Below are positions 60,405 to 64,000 of a stretch of 64,000 nt of DNA, piece by piece. The number at the start of each line of letters is the position of its first letter. Positions within the stretch are counted from its first letter, which is position 1. This DNA comes from Puniceicoccaceae bacterium (GTDB lineage: Bacteria > Verrucomicrobiota > Verrucomicrobiia > Opitutales > Oceanipulchritudinaceae). The stretch lies in NCBI GenBank assembly GCA_040830765.1, contig JBFOMH010000004.1:32001-96000 (forward strand), written 5' to 3'. A program made the translations under genes and the position numbers. Below the pieces are notes generated by a model. That model made no database searches and was not told the origin of the DNA. It was given only the letters and a program-made list of their open reading frames with translations.

Positions 60405-61313
60405 TTATCGCTGCTTTTGCCAAAAGTCATCAGATTTCCCGCAGAGTCTATGAAGCTTTATTGAATCATCATGAACATAGTCCAAAAATTCCTTCACATC
60501 ATCTGCTTGAATGTCCGGCGGTGGTATTTTGACTGATCTATGGGCAAGTTGCTTTCGAAGTCTCACTCGAACACTATTGGGAAGAAGAGAACTTAAACGC
60601 TTTGCATATCTATTTTGGAGAACTAATTTTACTGAACTTCTTGGTACCTTTCGTTCGGTTGAACTATTACGCTGCTCCCGGATACCTTGGTCCCACTTCG
60701 AAAAATTTAGCCCAAGAAAGCTCATTATCCTGCGTACCTCAGATTCCTTATTAATTCTCCAATCTTCCAAATAGGAAACAATCGTTTGGCCCTGTGGAAA
60801 GTAATCAAAATAAGACTCTAATTGCCAATAGAATCGCGTAGTATCCCATTGATTCACCTGCTTTTGCTTATTCAACCAGTTACTAAAACCATCCAATGCC
60901 CAGGCCTCCTCGGTTTTCGGTGTCCGGGTCTGATCCTTGCCGAAAGCATACTGCATCTTCCAGGCTGAAACCTGTCTCTGCAGTGGATTGCGAACCATGT
61001 ATATCAGGCGCATTTCAGGATTAAATTTGTATATCCTCTTTGCCGTGTTCGGGGACCTGCTTCTATCAGAGTAAGATGGGGTACCCTCTCCTATCGAAGC
61101 CTCTCCATTATAATGACTGAACGCCTTTTTATACCAATCCCAACCTTTTTCGTAATTCAGGTTTGGTTGAAAATCAATCGTGTCCTGGAAGTAGGAAATT
61201 TCCTTTGGCCGGCTAAAACAGCAATCAGGATGTGAATCCAAAATCGACGCTAAGGCTGTTGTCCCACACTTCGCTGATCCTATTATTAAAAAATTTGGGA
61301 TTGATGCTTCCAT
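60405..61313 (-). CDS. Sulfotransferase (heparan 3-O-/N-sulfotransferase-like)
   Basis: PNFLIIGSAKCGTTAL, KEISYF, GEGTPSY, VRNPLQRQVSAW. Confidence 0.9.
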   Translation of the reverse strand: MEASIPNFLIIGSAKCGTTALASILDSHPDCCFSRPKEISYFQDTIDFQPNLNYEKGWDWYKKAFSHYNGEASIGEGTPSYSDRSRSPNTAKRIYKFNPEMRLIYMVRNPLQRQVSAWKMQYAFGKDQTRTPKTEEAWALDGFSNWLNKQKQVNQWDTTRFYWQLESYFDYFPQGQTIVSYLEDWRINKESEVRRIMSFLGLNFSKWDQGIREQRNSSTERKVPRSSVKLVLQNRYAKRLSSLLPNSVRVRLRKQLAHRSVKIPPPDIQADDVKEFLDYVHDDSIKLHRLCGKSDDFWQKQR

Positions 61314-61331
61314 TTTGAGCAGACTGCTTAA

Positions 61332-62279
61332 TTAGCCTTTAGATTTGGATGGAGGTAATCTTGATTCCAATATAGCGTGAAGCTTGTCCAGAACGTAACG
61401 GTCATCGGTTCGTGTTTGAACATTTGACTTTAACCAGTGATCATTAACCTCACGGTATTCTTCTTGGTCCTGCCTTAGCGCGTAGCGAATTGTTTTATTT
61501 GCCGAAAAGTTAAAGTCCTTTGGATCAACCCATTTGGCACCTTGCAGGAATGTATTTCGGACTGATTCGTGCGCATGATAAACCGGTATACATCCTGCCT
61601 GTGCAGCATTCACAAATTTTTCGGTAAAATACAGGAATTCTGTACTGTTCTCCAAGCAGACATTCACTTTATAGGAGGAGAGTAATCGAAGGTGAGCAGA
61701 TGCGTAGTGATCTTCACCGGGTGACCGTCTACCCTTATAATTGATCGGTGGGCCTTTTCGCCATAAAAATGGAAACTGCCTGAAGTTTGCCCATGCCTGG
61801 GGACTGCCATACAAGTCGACAAGGGGATGGAAGACAAACTTGTTCCTCAATCTAATGTAGCGCTTCAGAAACCATGCCCTCCCGCCGAAATTGTTTATGC
61901 AGGCAACGGCTGCCTTTTTCGAATACTTTTCCCTGGTGAAGTCAAATAGTTGCCTATGGGTTGGGTGCGGAACTCTGTAATCTGGATCTGGATTCCCATA
62001 CCATGCGCGCTCAGAGAGATTTAGCCTCTTGACGAGCCGCTTTCCAATTGGATGACGTTTAAAGTGATAATGCCAGCTAGGTTCAATTGTGAACCACAAC
62101 TTTGGTCCCTCAAACCGCAAAAGCTCTTCACTCGGATCGTAGAGCACCAGAAGGGCATCCGCCCTATCCAGTGTAACCCTGGGTGTATAACAAATACTTC
62201 CCTTGATAATATCAGGCCAGCTTTCAGCATTAAATTGACCAGAAACTACTCTACAGAAATATCGAGGCTGATCGTTCAT
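61332..62279 (-). CDS. GT10 alpha-1,3/4-fucosyltransferase-like protein
   Basis: YKVNVCLENS...YFTEKFVNA..AGCIPVY matches the GT10 FucT signature. Confidence 0.75.
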   Translation of the reverse strand: MNDQPRYFCRVVSGQFNAESWPDIIKGSICYTPRVTLDRADALLVLYDPSEELLRFEGPKLWFTIEPSWHYHFKRHPIGKRLVKRLNLSERAWYGNPDPDYRVPHPTHRQLFDFTREKYSKKAAVACINNFGGRAWFLKRYIRLRNKFVFHPLVDLYGSPQAWANFRQFPFLWRKGPPINYKGRRSPGEDHYASAHLRLLSSYKVNVCLENSTEFLYFTEKFVNAAQAGCIPVYHAHESVRNTFLQGAKWVDPKDFNFSANKTIRYALRQDQEEYREVNDHWLKSNVQTRTDDRYVLDKLHAILESRLPPSKSKG

Positions 62280-62287
62280 AGATCAAA

Positions 62288-63382
62288 CTAGGAAATAGTC
62301 AGCTTTAACCAATTCGGATTATTATCCGCCCAATCGGCAATTTCACGACAAACGGAATCAATTGTTGTTTGAGGTTGCCAAGCCCAATCACATTTAACCT
62401 TGGTAGATTCTAAGACCATCCAGGGAATGTCGAATGGCCGCTTTGTCGAATCGCTGGTGATAACGGTACGTGTATCTGGATAGCGCTTAACACACCAATT
62501 GGTCAATTGGGCCAGGGACATGGAATTTTCCAAACCCCCAGCCGTGTTAACGATCCGGGACTTGTCTGTTTGCGCTGGTTCCCTTGTTTGCAGTTCAAGC
62601 AGTCTCACCAAGTCCGCCGGGTGCAGGCAGTCCCGCACCTGGTGACCGTTGCCGCCAAAGCCGATATACTTTAATGGACGGCCTTCCCGAAAGGAGTGAA
62701 TCCAGTAAGCGAAGATGCCTTGGGCGGGATGGCCAAATTGCCCAGCCCCCGCCATGACTCCACAACGGTTTATCCAAACTGGAAAGCCATAGGTTTCCCC
62801 ATATTCAAGGGCGAGGTGTTCACTAGCTACTTTAGTTGATCCGTATAAAGAAACAGGCGGCGCGGTCGTATATTCTTCCGACACGCCGCGGGGGGAGATT
62901 CCGTAGGGAAACCGCTGGGTTTGGGTTGGAGCAAACCGACCCACTCCATTATCGTCCTTTTCAATTTCCATCTCCAACCCGGCCAGACCCATGATCGAAT
63001 AGACCCGGCTCGTGGAGAGGAGAATGAATCCAGCCTCATTCCTTTTGCAATATTCCAGCAGATTGATAGTGCCGTAAAGATTATGCTCGATGAGTTCCCT
63101 ACTGGTGGTCTTTCCATCGACACCGGCCAGGACACTGGGAATGGCGGCCGCATCGATGACCCAGTCGCACTTCGGCAAGGCGTCTATATCCTTCTCAAAA
63201 CGTATATCCCCGGTAACCAACTGTATACCAAGCTCCCCTTCAATTACCGGCTGATTAAGCCGGGATCCGGCACGGGAAAAGTTGTCAATGCCGGCCAGTT
63301 CCCATTCCGGGAAGGCGCGCCGGATCTCCCGGGCGATGGATGACCCGACGAAACCACATATGCCTGTAATGAGTACTTTCAT
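62288..63382 (-). CDS. NAD-dependent epimerase (CDP-paratose 2-epimerase/RfbE-like)
   Basis: ITGICGFVG, YGSTK, QVRDCLH. Confidence 0.85.
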   Translation of the reverse strand: MKVLITGICGFVGSSIAREIRRAFPEWELAGIDNFSRAGSRLNQPVIEGELGIQLVTGDIRFEKDIDALPKCDWVIDAAAIPSVLAGVDGKTTSRELIEHNLYGTINLLEYCKRNEAGFILLSTSRVYSIMGLAGLEMEIEKDDNGVGRFAPTQTQRFPYGISPRGVSEEYTTAPPVSLYGSTKVASEHLALEYGETYGFPVWINRCGVMAGAGQFGHPAQGIFAYWIHSFREGRPLKYIGFGGNGHQVRDCLHPADLVRLLELQTREPAQTDKSRIVNTAGGLENSMSLAQLTNWCVKRYPDTRTVITSDSTKRPFDIPWMVLESTKVKCDWAWQPQTTIDSVCREIADWADNNPNWLKLTIS

Positions 63383-64000
63383 TATGCCTCGTTTCGCTTC
63401 TTCCAGCTCTCGACGATTTGCCGGATAGTTTCCTCAAGGTTGATGGAAATATCCCACTCCGGATAGTGTTCCCGCATCTTCGTGAGGTCAGAGTAATAAC
63501 AGATATGGTCCCCAATGCGGTTATCATCCACGTAGGAGCTGACCATTGGTTTGCCTGAATACTTCTCCACGAGGGCAAAAGCTTCCAAGATGGAGCAGGT
63601 GTTATTCTTTCCACCACCGATGTTGTAGACCTCGCCACACCGGGGTTCCTCAATGAAGGCATGAATAAAGCGGGCCACATCAAGGCTGTGGATGTTGTCA
63701 CGGACCTGCTTTCCCTTATACCCAAAAATCTTGAACTCTCGTTCCTCAAGATTGCACTTGGCGAGGTAACTGAGGAAGCCGTGGAGCTCGACCCCGCTAT
63801 GGTTGGGTCCGGTCAGGCAACCTCCGCGCAAGGCACAGGATGGAAGCCCGAAGTACCTGCCATATTCCTGTACCATGACATCAGCCGCCACCTTGGAAGC
63901 TCCGAAGAGCGAATGCTTTGACTGATCGATGGAAAAGTCCTCCGCAATACCGTTCTCGTAGGCGGGATCGTCATAATCCCACCGGGTTTCCAGTTCTTTC
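63382..64000 (-). CDS. NAD-dependent epimerase (RfbE-like), 5' part outside window
   Basis: [47 protein letters not shown]; frame open to the window end. Confidence 0.85.
   Translation of the reverse strand, partial: KELETRWDYDDPAYENGIAEDFSIDQSKHSLFGASKVAADVMVQEYGRYFGLPSCALRGGCLTGPNHSGVELHGFLSYLAKCNLEEREFKIFGYKGKQVRDNIHSLDVARFIHAFIEEPRCGEVYNIGGGKNNTCSILEAFALVEKYSGKPMVSSYVDDNRIGDHICYYSDLTKMREHYPEWDISINLEETIRQIVESWKKRNEA

Overview
Bacterial chromosomal window; gene content (exosortase, PEP-CTERM protein, DUF4838, archaeal/eukaryal-type ProS) suggests Verrucomicrobiota/Opitutia, which is an inference. 1-22 kb is GC-rich housekeeping DNA: proS (partial), DAHP synthase, purU, carB, aldo/keto reductase, M29-like aminopeptidase, TolC-MFP-ABC exporter, DEAD-box helicase, gluQ, stand-alone 5'-3' exonuclease, hisG-hisE, tatA, cdd and an AI-2E transporter. 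Inside it is the most unusual feature: an operon of OmpR-family regulator, yceH and a single ORF fusing a complete O6-alkylguanine-DNA alkyltransferase (PCHR) to a cytoplasmic histidine kinase, a candidate DNA-alkylation-sensing two-component system. 24.8-64 kb is a large surface-glycan locus: PglC-like, PglF-like and WecA enzymes, an orphan kinase, an exosortase flanked by two TPR-like proteins, a candidate ~180-nt structured RNA with terminator, short Wza/Wzc/beta-barrel export genes, a PEP-CTERM protein, a bimodular NRPS (A-T-C-A-T-TE), a secreted beta-helix/LamG protein and a lower-GC operon of glycosyl-, acyl-, sulfo- and GT10 fucosyl-transferases ending in tandem RfbE-like epimerases (cut by the window edge). 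No rRNA, tRNA, CRISPR array or transposase was recognised. All family calls come from motif recognition by eye; no searches were run.
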